The notes beneath the pieces were generated by a model. The model was not told the origin of the DNA, did no database searches, and saw nothing but the letters and a program-made list of their open reading frames with translations. A program made the translations under genes and the position numbers. From positions 412,237 through 476,236 of IMG/VR virus record IMGVR_UViG_3300032236_002285: DNA of 64,000 bases. The stretch is one strand, 5' to 3'. This document shows positions 31,893 to 40,740 of this stretch, piece after piece. Positions within the stretch are counted from its first letter, which is position 1; each line of letters begins with the position of its first letter.

Positions 31893-32035
31893 TTAGCAAA
31901 TATAAGGAAAATATAAATAACAAAATAAAAATTATTTTTAGATTTTATTAAACTTTTTAAAACTTAATGCCTGCCTACATCTATAAGAATCATACGGATA
32001 ATAAAGGATTCCGTAATAAAAAAATATAATGACAC

Positions 32036-32308
32036 ATGAATAAGACAGATTTAGTAAACTCGATAGCTAAACAAACAGGTCTATCAAAGTCAAAGTCTAA
32101 CGAGGTTATCAACGCTTTCGTTTCAGCTGTATCTGAATCACTTTCAAAAGGTGAGAAAGTTACACTTGTAGGCTTCGGTACATTTACCACTTCCGAAAGA
32201 GAAGCTCGTAAAGGTCGTAACCCTAAGACTGGTGAAGTTATTAACATCTCGGCTAAAACCGTTGCTCGCTTCAAAGCCGGCTCTGAACTTAGCAAGAGTG
32301 TTAATTAA
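32036..32308 (+). CDS. hup: HU family DNA-binding protein
   Basis: MNKTDLV..IA, GEKVTLVGFGTF, RKGRNPKTGEVI..ARFKAGSEL. Confidence 0.96.
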   Translation: MNKTDLVNSIAKQTGLSKSKSNEVINAFVSAVSESLSKGEKVTLVGFGTFTTSEREARKGRNPKTGEVINISAKTVARFKAGSELSKSVN

Positions 32309-32323
32309 TAACATCTTGATATT

Positions 32324-32352
32324 AAAAGCCCACTCAAATGAGTGGGTTTTTT
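32324..32352 (+). terminator. Terminator after HU
   Basis: aaaagcccactc-aaat-gagtgggtttttt. Confidence 0.8.
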
Positions 32353-32363
32353 ATTTTAAACAT

Positions 32364-32391
32364 AAAAAACCCCATTTGATAATGGGGTTTT
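32364..32391 (-). terminator. Terminator for the convergent minus-strand operon
   Basis: aaaaccccatt-tgat-aatggggtttt. Confidence 0.7.
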
Positions 32392-32523
32392 GTTTGTGTG
32401 AGGGTTAACGGTTATTACCTCAACTTACTACCTGATACAAGCATGATGTATCTTCTATTGCCAGGGACTAATAGTATGTGCTACTTATATACCGTTCAGC
32501 CATCTAGGACCTTTTACACTACA
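32392..32523 (-). ncRNA. Candidate structured RNA (unassigned)
   Basis: About 130-nt ORF-free, GC-richer segment with several complementary stems; no Rfam family recognised. Confidence 0.25.
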
Positions 32524-33039
32524 CTAATTCAACATATAAGTGAAACCTTTTGAAATAGTATCACCATATTCTTTTTTCATTTCGTGATCTCTGTATTTAA
32601 TACCAACAATCAAATCAGAGCAACCATCTAATAATTCAAGTGTTTCAGCAATTATCAAGCTTGGATCAAAGTCTTCATCAGTTTCTAAAACATAGTTAAA
32701 GAAATTACCCTTTTGATAATCCTCTGCTGAAAAATAAGTTGTATCATTGAATTTATAATCATCTTCATACTCCTCAAATTCAAAATCATCGTCTGATTCC
32801 CAAACTACTTCACCCGATTCATCTTTAACAATGATTTGAATATTCTCACCACCGGGATAAATACCCATCACGATATCTTCACTATCTAAAAAATCAATAC
32901 CTAAAACCTCATTGATTTGTTCGTGTTCCATTAAATCATCTTCAACACCACCTTCTTGTAGTTGTTCGTATTGTTCTTCATTTAATTTATGAATAAAAGC
33001 TTCAGCACCTTTACCATTAACTTCAATTGTATATTTCAT
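32524..33039 (-). CDS. Acidic hypothetical protein
   Basis: 171 aa, very D/E-rich. Confidence 0.7.
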   Translation of the reverse strand: MKYTIEVNGKGAEAFIHKLNEEQYEQLQEGGVEDDLMEHEQINEVLGIDFLDSEDIVMGIYPGGENIQIIVKDESGEVVWESDDDFEFEEYEDDYKFNDTTYFSAEDYQKGNFFNYVLETDEDFDPSLIIAETLELLDGCSDLIVGIKYRDHEMKKEYGDTISKGFTYMLN

Positions 33040-33040
33040 A

Positions 33041-33352
33041 TTATCTTTTTACATACATTATACAATCAACATTACCTAAAGTTTTTATGTTGATTTTTTT
33101 ATACTCAAGACCTTCATATTCATCTATTAAAGGCATCATTTCTTCTGGTATATGAACAATTGCTCCTAAAATAGGTGATTTTTTATTCTCACTTGGAATA
33201 GCAACATTATAGTAAATACCACTCATTTTAACTTTTATAATATCCCAACCATTGATGAAGTCTAAATCAGGCTCAACATAAAACTCTTGACCAAACTCTC
33301 TAAGTTGAACTTCTTTTTCACAAAGTGTACCATATGAGAATAACTTAATCAT
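33041..33352 (-). CDS. Gamma-glutamylcyclotransferase (GGCT/AIG2)-like protein
   Basis: LFSYGTL N-terminus, LIDEYEG..YKK motif. Confidence 0.75.
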   Translation of the reverse strand: MIKLFSYGTLCEKEVQLREFGQEFYVEPDLDFINGWDIIKVKMSGIYYNVAIPSENKKSPILGAIVHIPEEMMPLIDEYEGLEYKKINIKTLGNVDCIMYVKR

Positions 33353-33746
33353 TGATTATGCTTTTAATAGTTATATCTCTTTTAAGTTTTTTGAATGTTT
33401 CTCTATCACAATCTTTCCAATTCATTTTGAAATGAAATGCAAAAGCTTGTTCGAATCCAAACTCACCAACACCAACACTATCTTCTAATAATTTTCTTTC
33501 TTTTACAGGTAGTGATATCCAATCTAAACAAAATTCTGGTGTTGCTTTTTTAGCAAAATCTTGAATCATTCTATCCCACTCAAAATCTAATGAGTCTTGC
33601 TCATCAAATTTATGACCACAAAAACAACATTGATATAATTGTTCATCATCAAGTATGATAACTAAGTCAGTTGCCTTGCCATCTGGATTACAAGTTTTAC
33701 AATCACATTTATTTATCTTCTCACATTTTGGACAAAGCAAAGCCAT
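33345..33746 (-). CDS. Zn-binding hypothetical protein, C-tag
   Basis: CPKC..CDCKTC..CCFCG; ends RDITIKSIIND. Confidence 0.65.
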   Translation of the reverse strand: MALLCPKCEKINKCDCKTCNPDGKATDLVIILDDEQLYQCCFCGHKFDEQDSLDFEWDRMIQDFAKKATPEFCLDWISLPVKERKLLEDSVGVGEFGFEQAFAFHFKMNWKDCDRETFKKLKRDITIKSIIND

Positions 33747-33949
33747 TATAAATTATTTTTATAATTATTAAGAAAATTCTTTTCATGTATTGATAAACTA
33801 TCATATCCTTCTTTAGATATTCTATCTAAAATAGAGTTTAGTTTATCTTCTCTACCTTTACGCATAGAATTGAATTCATCATCACTGATAACTCTTTTTC
33901 TAACTTGCTTAGGTTTAGACTTAAATAAATTTTTGAACCAATTAAACAT
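33746..33949 (-). CDS. DUF6576-like small protein
   Basis: REDKLNSILDRISKEGYDSLSIHEKNFL resembles the helical domain at the C-terminus of Bacteroidota rhomboids; probable start ATG 33949. Confidence 0.65.
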   Translation of the reverse strand: MFNWFKNLFKSKPKQVRKRVISDDEFNSMRKGREDKLNSILDRISKEGYDSLSIHEKNFLNNYKNNL

Positions 33950-33951
33950 AA

Positions 33952-34914
33952 TTAACAACCATATACGCTTTCGTGAGGTGAAAACCTAAGTGTAGGTTTT
34001 TCATCTAATACGTTAGCAATTTTTAACTCTCTATTTATATTTTTAATATTTTCAATTTCTTTCCAACCTCTATCCTCTAACTTAGCTTTTCTATGTTGTG
34101 CTCTTTTTTGAGAATACATTTTAGCAAACATATTAACTGAGAAAACTTTGCTCTGACAATGAACAATAGCATTAGGAAAATCCTCATAAAGTGTTTCACC
34201 ATCATAAGAAACACCACAACAACTAAAGTCAACATTAGCAATTAAATCTGAAAATCCTTGACGATAAACTTGTTCATCTTTACCTTTAGAACCTATTGAT
34301 GGTCTAATTAACTGAACAATCTTTTTACCTTTAATCCAAGTGTGTGGCTCATTAATAACGTGAATATCAGAATAAATTTCTTGAAGATCTTTACCATTCA
34401 ACATTTCCATATACTGATAATCATTTTGTTCTAAAACAGATTCAATATACCTAAGTGCTTTAGAGCCACAAAGAATATCAACATCATTGATTGGTTGTTC
34501 TGCTAGAATATCTCTGATGGCTCCACCAAAAATTCTAACTAAATTAAACTTACTTTTGAATAATTCATCTGAATCAAATTCTAAATATTCATTTAATGAT
34601 TGTCTAATCTTATCTTCTTGAGTTACTGCTATGTGCCTCAGTTTTTCTTCTCTCATAAATTGTAGGTAAATATCCTTCTTTATACTTAAAGTCTCGTATT
34701 TGTTTATAACATCATCCGGATTTTTATAATTAGTAAGAGTAACTGCAAAACTAACACTAATAGTATCTTCAATTTCAAATACTCTTGTTAATCTAATCTT
34801 TAGTTTATATTCATTAAGATTAGGTTTAAGAAGGGTGAATTTTTTATCTAACCAATTATCATTAGTTACCACATTGTAAACTATTTTCTCAACTAACTTG
34901 TCGTAGATTTCCAT
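33952..34914 (-). CDS. C-tag module fused to class II (CCA-adding/poly(A) polymerase head) nucleotidyltransferase
   Basis: IFGGAIRDIL..INDVDIL and DFSCCG motifs; REEKLRHIA at domain junction, RELKIANVL near end. Confidence 0.8.
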   Translation of the reverse strand: MEIYDKLVEKIVYNVVTNDNWLDKKFTLLKPNLNEYKLKIRLTRVFEIEDTISVSFAVTLTNYKNPDDVINKYETLSIKKDIYLQFMREEKLRHIAVTQEDKIRQSLNEYLEFDSDELFKSKFNLVRIFGGAIRDILAEQPINDVDILCGSKALRYIESVLEQNDYQYMEMLNGKDLQEIYSDIHVINEPHTWIKGKKIVQLIRPSIGSKGKDEQVYRQGFSDLIANVDFSCCGVSYDGETLYEDFPNAIVHCQSKVFSVNMFAKMYSQKRAQHRKAKLEDRGWKEIENIKNINRELKIANVLDEKPTLRFSPHESVYGC

Positions 34915-34930
34915 AATTTACAAATATAAA

Positions 34931-34958
34931 AAAACCCTTTGATAATTCAAAGGGTTTT
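34931..34958 (-). terminator. Terminator after tyrosinase
   Basis: aaaaccctttga-taat-tcaaagggtttt. Confidence 0.75.
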
Positions 34959-34977
34959 AATAATTAGTTTTAAGATT

Positions 34978-36435
34978 TTATCTACCAGTGACGGTAACAT
35001 TATCAATAATCATATCAGATGTAACTTGATTATGCTTATAGATTGTTATATTATATTCACCAGAAGTAACTGATTCTTTTGATAACTCAAAATAGAATTT
35101 AGTATAAGGTCTGCCATTTGAATTCAATGGAGTGCAACATCCTTTTCTACAAGATTTACCTTGCATCTTATCATCAAAGCCAAAGAAGTTCATAAATCCA
35201 ACAAAGTATTTACTACCAGGATAATAGATTTCACTAGCTGGTATGTTTAAGTAAACTTCATAAATACCTCTTGGTACTTTATCAAAAGACACAGATACTT
35301 CCATATTCATTTTACGGAATGAATTATTATCAGATGTTAATAAACCATCAACTCTAAGACTTGTAAAACCTGAGGCAACCTTAACATTTACATTCTTATT
35401 AGCAATAACTTTAATAGGTGTTGCTTGAACTAATGTGTTTTGAGATTTAGGTTGAACCTTTGTATCATCAAAATCATAATCCATATTGTATATGATTTTA
35501 ATAACCGAATCCATTGTATATTCTACCTTTTTACCATTCTCATCAAAGAATACATAGGGCCATTCAACAGACTTCAATTCTTCTAAAGTAATCATTTTAC
35601 CATTTTCAGAATTAGTCCATTGTTGCCAGATTCTATCAATGTTAGAGTGATGTAACCAAAAAATTGGATCAAAACCAGCAGTTGGTACCCAACCCATTAA
35701 TCCTGTATTAGTAACAGAGTTTGTGATAGGATTGTTAAATTTAAGTAACCCTGTTGTATCATTACCAGCACCAATATAATCATGCATTGCTCCGTGAGGT
35801 GCCGCATTGATATTCATACAAAAAGTATAATAATCTGTATAAGACATTAACTTAGTCATATCTAATGCTCTTTCGATTTCACCAGAGATAGGGTAACCAT
35901 TGTTTAAACTATCATATCTACAAGATTCATATAAAGCTGACTTTGAATCTCTAAACATAACAGGCATCATTTTGTCAGAATCGTTTAAGTTTGTATAACC
36001 CCAATAAGGTAAAGCAAAGTCTTTCTTTCCTGATAATTTTCTTACAATCTTTTCAAAGTGCCAGATATAAAGTCTGTGCCAAACTAAGAAGTGTATTTTT
36101 TCTTTACCAGAAGGTGAGTGAGTACAATTGTCCCAAGCTTCTTTTAAATCAGCTACGGTGCTATAAGATTCACATAAAGGATTCTTACCAATTGAATCTG
36201 GAATCCAGTGCATTGCACCTTGATAGTACCAACTCATTGGATCAGTACATCCTTTCTCTCTCATAATAGTCAAAGCCTTATTCATAGCCTCAATATCTGA
36301 CTGAGCTTCTGTCGAGTTAGCATTCTTTCTAACAAAACGACCTATCTTATTATGTGCGAAGTGAGTATAAACAACACCAGTCATGATAGATAACACCAAT
36401 ATAATGATTAGTGATGAAATTGTTTTTCTATTCAT
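34978..36435 (-). CDS. Tyrosinase / polyphenol oxidase (type-3 copper) with N-terminal signal or TM anchor
   Basis: CuA AMHW..CTH..HFLVWHR, PYW; CuB PHGAMHDYIG..DPIFWLHHSNIDRIW. Confidence 0.92.
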   Translation of the reverse strand: MNRKTISSLIIILVLSIMTGVVYTHFAHNKIGRFVRKNANSTEAQSDIEAMNKALTIMREKGCTDPMSWYYQGAMHWIPDSIGKNPLCESYSTVADLKEAWDNCTHSPSGKEKIHFLVWHRLYIWHFEKIVRKLSGKKDFALPYWGYTNLNDSDKMMPVMFRDSKSALYESCRYDSLNNGYPISGEIERALDMTKLMSYTDYYTFCMNINAAPHGAMHDYIGAGNDTTGLLKFNNPITNSVTNTGLMGWVPTAGFDPIFWLHHSNIDRIWQQWTNSENGKMITLEELKSVEWPYVFFDENGKKVEYTMDSVIKIIYNMDYDFDDTKVQPKSQNTLVQATPIKVIANKNVNVKVASGFTSLRVDGLLTSDNNSFRKMNMEVSVSFDKVPRGIYEVYLNIPASEIYYPGSKYFVGFMNFFGFDDKMQGKSCRKGCCTPLNSNGRPYTKFYFELSKESVTSGEYNITIYKHNQVTSDMIIDNVTVTGR

Positions 36436-36556
36436 TTTTATTTTATTTTTATTTCTTATATAAAATCAAGGATTAAATGTTTAATTATTAATATATACAG
36501 AAAATTAAACCGTTAAAATTGGTTTTTACCAAAATAAATTTAATATATAATCTACT

Positions 36557-38224
36557 ATGAAATGGATAAAAGACAGAGAAAAATTCTTAAACGAGGCTAA
36601 GCTTCGTGACGTTATTTTCCAAAGACAAGCTAAAGAAGTTAGCCGTATTTGGGGAGAAAAATTCCTTGATTATGAAGAAGTTACACCTACTGATAAAATT
36701 AAACAAGGTAAGTGGAAGCTATCTGAAGAAGATAAAAATAAAGTATTAGGCAAATTTTTTGATGCTAATATGGAAGTTGTTACTGGTATATTCAATAGTT
36801 TACCAGATAAATTTGCTGAAGTTTTGGCACAATCTATTAACACTGAATTACTTAGAAATGATAAATTCAAAGTAATAGCTAAAGACTTAAATATTAAAAA
36901 TCCATCCATAGACCAAATTGTTATTATATTCGATCCTATCTTTAGAAAAATATCAGTATCTGAAACAATGGCTACTGAGATTATCCAAAAAGATGAGAAT
37001 GGTAGACCAGTAAAAGATGAAGCTGGTAATATGATTAAAATTAAGAAAGAAAAAGGCGATTTAATGTTCACTAATAACTTAGTTAATATCAATACATTTG
37101 TTGATGACTTTAATAGATGTTTCACTGAAGAAAAAGTAGGTGTTAATTTTGAAGAAAGAAATATACAAAGATTAAGAAGTGCTGCTAGTATGGATGAGAA
37201 TCAAGAGTATAAAGTTGATTTCAAAATTTTTGACAAAGATGTTTATTTATCTATCACACATAATCCAAAAGACATTTTGAATATGTCTATTTCTAAGTTC
37301 TATGCTTCTTGTCAACATTTATATTCAGGTGGTTATAGAGAACAAGTTTTAGGTAACGTATTTGACCCTAACTCTATTCCTGCTTTCTTAACATTTGAGA
37401 CTCCAATTTATTGGGATGATGAAAAGATATCTGATCAATTACCACTTTCAAGAATGGTGATTAGAAATATTGAAACATTTGACGAACAATCAACTGAGGC
37501 TAAATTATTTTTTGATAGAGCTTATCCAGATAGAATGAAAGAAGTATTTGATGAGATAGTTGAAAAGTATGCTGATATGAAACAAAATACTGATAGAAAT
37601 AGTATTACTTATGTATTTACACCAGATATTGACACAGAAGATAAGTTAAGAGATCCTTATATGGATAGATTAGGAATTCAAAGAAAACCTTATATCGGTA
37701 AAAACACTAGAACTCTTTACTTAAATAGAATGCATGACTGGTCTAATGTTAAGATTGCTCCAGATGCTAAGATTAAAGAATTAATTATTGAAACAACTGA
37801 TATTCCTGAAGACTTAACTAAAGTTCCTTTGAATCCAGATTGGGTTAAATTCAAATACCTAACTATTAATTCATTATCAAACTTTGATAAAATTAAAACA
37901 GATTCAATTGCTTTTGATAAGTGTAAATTAGATACTTCAGTTTTAGAAGAGATGAACAAATCAAATCCTAATATCAAAAAGTTACAAATTGTTAGTTGTG
38001 ATTTAACAGGGTCTTTAGGTTTCTCTCAATTCCAAAGCTTAGAAGAGCTACATATTATTTATACATTAGATACTATTGAAGAGTTAAAAGACCTAACTGA
38101 AAACCTTAAAATTAAGAAACTTGTTATATCAGGTGACTTGATTAAAAATAAAGAAGCTAAGACTCAAATTAACCAGGTTAGACAACGTGGTATAAAAGTA
38201 GAAATCGTAGGTCCAGTTATATAA
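36557..38224 (+). CDS. CTS-like leader protein with C-terminal LRR-like solenoid
   Basis: MKWIKDREKFLNEA; periodic LxxLxI repeats in last ~170 aa; TAATATATA at 36541-36549. Confidence 0.7.
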   Translation: MKWIKDREKFLNEAKLRDVIFQRQAKEVSRIWGEKFLDYEEVTPTDKIKQGKWKLSEEDKNKVLGKFFDANMEVVTGIFNSLPDKFAEVLAQSINTELLRNDKFKVIAKDLNIKNPSIDQIVIIFDPIFRKISVSETMATEIIQKDENGRPVKDEAGNMIKIKKEKGDLMFTNNLVNINTFVDDFNRCFTEEKVGVNFEERNIQRLRSAASMDENQEYKVDFKIFDKDVYLSITHNPKDILNMSISKFYASCQHLYSGGYREQVLGNVFDPNSIPAFLTFETPIYWDDEKISDQLPLSRMVIRNIETFDEQSTEAKLFFDRAYPDRMKEVFDEIVEKYADMKQNTDRNSITYVFTPDIDTEDKLRDPYMDRLGIQRKPYIGKNTRTLYLNRMHDWSNVKIAPDAKIKELIIETTDIPEDLTKVPLNPDWVKFKYLTINSLSNFDKIKTDSIAFDKCKLDTSVLEEMNKSNPNIKKLQIVSCDLTGSLGFSQFQSLEELHIIYTLDTIEELKDLTENLKIKKLVISGDLIKNKEAKTQINQVRQRGIKVEIVGPVI

Positions 38225-38225
38225 T

Positions 38226-39857
38226 ATGAAACATTTAAAACACATACAAGTATTTGAAGCCTTTGAATCTAAGATTCTTAGCAAAACATTAGGTTATATT
38301 AAAGAACCAAATGATAGAGAAAAGTTTTTTGACCAAATCAAAAGACTATGTAATTCTATAGATTATCCTTATTCAGAAATGTCTGATGACTTCTTTGAAT
38401 ATTTACCATTTAAAAAAGCAATCAACAAAGCAGCAATGACTGGTGATGAACCTTGTGAAGCAACTTCAAAAAGTGAATTCCCGGAATATGCGGTAGATGG
38501 AGCTAAGTGTGAAGGTGGTAAACTTAAAAGAAAATGGGGAGCTAGGACAAGAGAGGTAGTTTGTCCAGTTTGTAATGGTACTGGGGTTAAACCAAAAAAA
38601 TCTGAAGTAAAATTAGTTAAATTCTGGTTTACATCAGAAGGTAAATATGTTACTACAACAATTGTTGATGGTGTGATAAGAAGTGGTAAATCTGGTTCTA
38701 AAATATCAACTAGATTATCAGATTATATAGTATCTTCAAATGTTTCGGATATAAACACACTAACCGGTGGTGAAATTGTTAGTGTTAATATAAGAGGTGA
38801 TCAAGTTATTGCCTACATAGTCAAAGAGTATGGTAGATATTTTGCTATACAAAATAAAGTCTCAGGTAGCACACCAAGTTCTTCAAGTTGGAGGTCATAT
38901 GGTAAGTATTCATGGGCTTTAGGTCGTGGTGAATACTCTGATATGAAACTTCTTACAAAAAAACCAAAAAGTAAAGAAGAGGAAGAAGTAGATCCATATA
39001 CTTGGAATGTTGGTGTTAATTTCTCATATGGTCAAGTATCAGTAAATAGTTCAATAGATGTTCAAAATGTAATTAAAGATGCTCACTTTGCTATTGTATT
39101 TGATTATGGTAAATTGAAAAAGTCTGAATTTAAAAATAGAGAAGAAACTAAACAAAAAAGAGAAGAGGCTAAAGAAGGCTCTAAATTAGATCCTAATCAA
39201 TCAGATGTAGAAATAAGAAAAAGAAATATTGAAAGATATGTTAATTTACTTTCTCAAAAGTTAGACATATCGACTGATATAGGAAATTGTAATAGACTAG
39301 TAGTTAGAGCTTTAGGTCATAAAGCTGCTTTATATATTGTTTATGGAACAAACATCTATTCTTATTTAACAAACCTTATCGACTCTTATATGAAGTTTAT
39401 GAAGGCTGATGACAATAATACTAAAAAATCATATGCTGAAGATATATCAGAAAAAACAAATGATATGTTTAAGAGTGGTATGAAAAGAGCTGATAGAGCC
39501 AACGATATTGTTAAAGATGTTAGATCCAAACTTAAAGCAAATAATGCAGATGAAAAATATATTCAATTGTTAGATTTAACTCAAAAACTAAGTGATGCTA
39601 TCTATGATAATATTAAAAACTATCAAATAGATAGTATTGAAGATTTAGAAGTTGTTGCTCAAAAGATTAGCTCAATCAGAAACATTCTTAAATCAGATAG
39701 ATATGGACTAAGTAGATATTTCAATTATTATATTTCTTATGTAGTGGATAATAGACCAGAGAGGGCATATGATTATTTATCAGATCCTTATTATGTAAAT
39801 ATTGATGCTGCCTTAGAAAACTTACCAAGAATAATAACAATTATCTCTAAACTATAA
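38226..39857 (+). CDS. CTS-like leader protein with DnaJ-type zinc finger
   Basis: MKHLKHIQVFEAFES; CEGG..CPVCNGTG. Confidence 0.7.
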   Translation: MKHLKHIQVFEAFESKILSKTLGYIKEPNDREKFFDQIKRLCNSIDYPYSEMSDDFFEYLPFKKAINKAAMTGDEPCEATSKSEFPEYAVDGAKCEGGKLKRKWGARTREVVCPVCNGTGVKPKKSEVKLVKFWFTSEGKYVTTTIVDGVIRSGKSGSKISTRLSDYIVSSNVSDINTLTGGEIVSVNIRGDQVIAYIVKEYGRYFAIQNKVSGSTPSSSSWRSYGKYSWALGRGEYSDMKLLTKKPKSKEEEEVDPYTWNVGVNFSYGQVSVNSSIDVQNVIKDAHFAIVFDYGKLKKSEFKNREETKQKREEAKEGSKLDPNQSDVEIRKRNIERYVNLLSQKLDISTDIGNCNRLVVRALGHKAALYIVYGTNIYSYLTNLIDSYMKFMKADDNNTKKSYAEDISEKTNDMFKSGMKRADRANDIVKDVRSKLKANNADEKYIQLLDLTQKLSDAIYDNIKNYQIDSIEDLEVVAQKISSIRNILKSDRYGLSRYFNYYISYVVDNRPERAYDYLSDPYYVNIDAALENLPRIITIISKL

Positions 39858-39860
39858 AAT

Positions 39861-39888
39861 AAAAGCCTTTCAAATGAAAGGCTTTTTT
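39861..39888. terminator. Bidirectional terminator
   Basis: aaaagcctttca-aa-tgaaaggctttt. Confidence 0.75.
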
Positions 39889-40732
39889 ATTTCATAACAC
39901 TTAAATATCTACTATGTTGTTCTGCTGATTTTGAACCGTGAACAAATAGTAAACTCTCAAAGTTATTATTTATCAACACAATTCTATTATGTCTAGCTAA
40001 AGTCCAACCATGACTTAAAATGAAAGTGTCTTCATTATCAGCTATTCTATGACTAATATCAAATAAATTATAATATTCTTCAGATGTTTTAGACATCAAA
40101 GCCGCTTCCACTATATAAGGACTAAAATAATGTGTGCATAAAAACACATCACCTAAATTACTAGTCAGTTTATCACGCCACATTATACAATTAATAATAC
40201 TTTCATCACCATAAGGATAAACATCACTACTAAAATCTTTATAGTATTTAAGAATTTCATTAAAGAAGCTTATACATTTTTTATTAAAAACCATACAACA
40301 AGCTTGTAAATAAGTATTACTAAAATCATTATTAGTAACACCTATTCTTCTTTTAGCTTCACCTAAGAAATTAGGATCGTTGTAATTTGGCTTAGGACTA
40401 GGCCAAATATGAAAGTTATTGAATCGTTCTGTTGGTAATAAAGGATAGTTATCAACTTTATAATCCCACACCTTATCTATATTATATGTAGGTAAGCAAT
40501 CATTGTCTAACCAAACAACATCATCATACTTTTCTAATGCTTTTAAACAAGAAAGAACCTTATAAATAAAGACATAAGCAGGTTGCCAGTTCTCTGGTTC
40601 CCATTTAATATCAAAGTCTTCTGGTTTATAAACAATCAATTTATAATCAGAGAACTCATCAATACTATCTTTTAGAACCTCTGCTAATTTTTCATATTGT
40701 TCACCAGCGGCAAATGTTATAAATCTTTTCAT
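39887..40732 (-). CDS. GT-A fold glycosyltransferase-like protein
   Basis: FITFA..Y, YKVLSCLKAL..VVWLDNDC (DxD), DESIIN, FVHG. Confidence 0.7.
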   Translation of the reverse strand: MKRFITFAAGEQYEKLAEVLKDSIDEFSDYKLIVYKPEDFDIKWEPENWQPAYVFIYKVLSCLKALEKYDDVVWLDNDCLPTYNIDKVWDYKVDNYPLLPTERFNNFHIWPSPKPNYNDPNFLGEAKRRIGVTNNDFSNTYLQACCMVFNKKCISFFNEILKYYKDFSSDVYPYGDESIINCIMWRDKLTSNLGDVFLCTHYFSPYIVEAALMSKTSEEYYNLFDISHRIADNEDTFILSHGWTLARHNRIVLINNNFESLLFVHGSKSAEQHSRYLSVMK

Positions 40733-40740
40733 TATTATAG

